Assembly (NCBI RefSeq): GCF_902652985.1
Contig: NC_047015.1
Coordinates: 41,974,001-42,038,000, forward strand
Source: Pecten maximus
Lineage: Eukaryota
DNA length: 64,000 bases
Direction of reading: 5' to 3'
Part shown: in pieces, positions 62,850 through 64,000 of the stretch
Position numbering within the stretch: position 1 is the stretch's first letter
Layout: each line of letters opens with the position of its first letter
Notes under the pieces: generated by a model
The model's database searches: none
What the model was told of the DNA's origin: nothing
What the model saw: only the letters and a program-made list of their open reading frames with translations
Translations under genes and position numbers: made by a program

Positions 62850-64000
62850 AAATATAATTGTTAATATTTCAAATGTCATGTCATCTTGTATAAGAATTGT
62901 AAACAATCATGATAATTGGGAAAGGGCTTCATATAAGTTTGAAAACTTGTGCCCAATCCTCTTGTATATATTGATACAAATAAAATATGTTTAAATCAAA
63001 TCAAAATCCCAAATCACATTTTTCGGCATAGCCGTATAATTTTCTTTTGTTCCCGGATATGACGCGACAGGTGGCGACTGGTCAAGATGAAGTATGTGAT
63101 TGGTCAATGTAGCGGTAAATGCAAAATGCAGACATTTCAGTTAAAGACGAAACAAAATTAAGATTGAATGCAAGCTGAATACGTGGATGTATCTATTCAA
63201 ATGACACATTAATAAAATCATATTCCTGATTCAAATGCAGTCTTATTATCACCAAAAATGATTCAAACTGATATAATTTTGTTATCCGTGCTGAAACTGC
63301 GCATTTATTAATTAGTTCGTTAATTTATTTCACCAACAGTTTTACATTATAACCACCAGCATTAAATTGATTGATTTTTTTAAACATATTTATTGCCCCA
63401 TAATTGAGCAGAGTTTTTCCAACTTATCAACGCCTTTTCCTCTAATACAGTTCATATATTGATATTTACATGATGACATTTAACAAGGCATACAAATCAT
63501 ATTCTACCATGTATGCTATGCAACGCCAGTTTTGATTGGTTTAAAACCATGTATTATTTTCCATAACCCACGCTCGTGCCAATAATACACGGTCGGGAGT
63601 CATGGCTGTAACAATTTTATATATCTAATATTCACCCGTTTCATTAAAGGTCACCATAGCCTAGTGGGCTAATGGGTTGAAAGTTAAATATCTGTGATTA
63701 TACTGCCTGACAAAAATTCTGTGATATTTTAATTATGTCTTTCTTATTATGCATTTTATCTTTGTTTGAACTGTGAGGAAAGCCCCAACCCCTGAGGCCC
63801 TATGTATGGGATATTAAAATTTTATTTTTAAGATAAAAAAAAAATGGGTTGTCTTTCATTAATTTTAATCACGACGCGAGTTCGAATCCTACGGAGGCCC
63901 ACTTTTTTTTTCTTTTTTTTTTTTAATCCCTTTTTTTTATTTTCAAAATCAATGCCATATGAAAGATGCTCTTGATCGTAGTACTGTATTGCCTGTATAT

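Larger units (their letters stand above)
56644..63005 (+). mobile_element. Second CR1-group LINE, end-to-end but decayed (6.4 kb)
   Basis: 9-bp TSD ATCCCAAAT (56635-56643 and 63006-63014). ORF1 at 56877-57860 is frameshifted (QQYSRRNSLRF, ITEDLT, FWTNDGRIF). Spacer of about 1.5 kb. ORF2 from 59368 has a deletion, stops and frameshifts. 3' AATAAAATATGTTTAAA plus (TCAAA)n tail. Confidence 0.88.

Noticed and set aside
63650-63900. tRNA/SINE-like A-box and B-box fragments (GTTCGAATCC)
   Set aside because: The boxes are about 200 bp apart with no supporting body or TSD; too degenerate to call.

Overview
AT-rich, intron-rich animal genomic DNA. The repeat families suggest a bivalve mollusc (inference). 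Three host genes are supported by hand-spliced exons. (1) Five internal exons of an SLC5/SSS sodium-solute symporter (SLC5A5/6/8/12 group, + strand, 1-3066), cut off by a 100-N gap. (2) The 3' two-thirds of DNAAF5/HEATR2 (+, 4020-10401). (3) A complete 32-exon VWA3A gene (-, 43699-15234, about 1249 aa), convergent with DNAAF5. Introns hold two Helentron/HINE-like satellite-bearing elements, MITEs, V-domain SINEs, a Penelope-type hammerhead relic, splice-site-anchored tandem repeats, and an RTE-X LINE whose ORF1 and ORF2 are in frame across a single TAG. Upstream of VWA3A (44-63 kb) is a nested LINE cluster: a full-length, TSD-bounded CR1-group element with intact ORFs (45279-52914) inserted into a decayed RTE-X, plus a related decayed CR1-group copy (56644-63005). 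The most unusual signal is in the intact element. Its 2.7-kb inter-ORF spacer carries two copies of a roughly 115-nt, G-U-rich, covarying sense-strand hairpin with an invariant apical sequence. These bracket a roughly 0.57-kb tandem duplication, upstream of an ORF2 that starts with a hydrophobic leader and a 2A-like DIESNPGP motif. All coordinates and alignments were made by eye; no searches were run.
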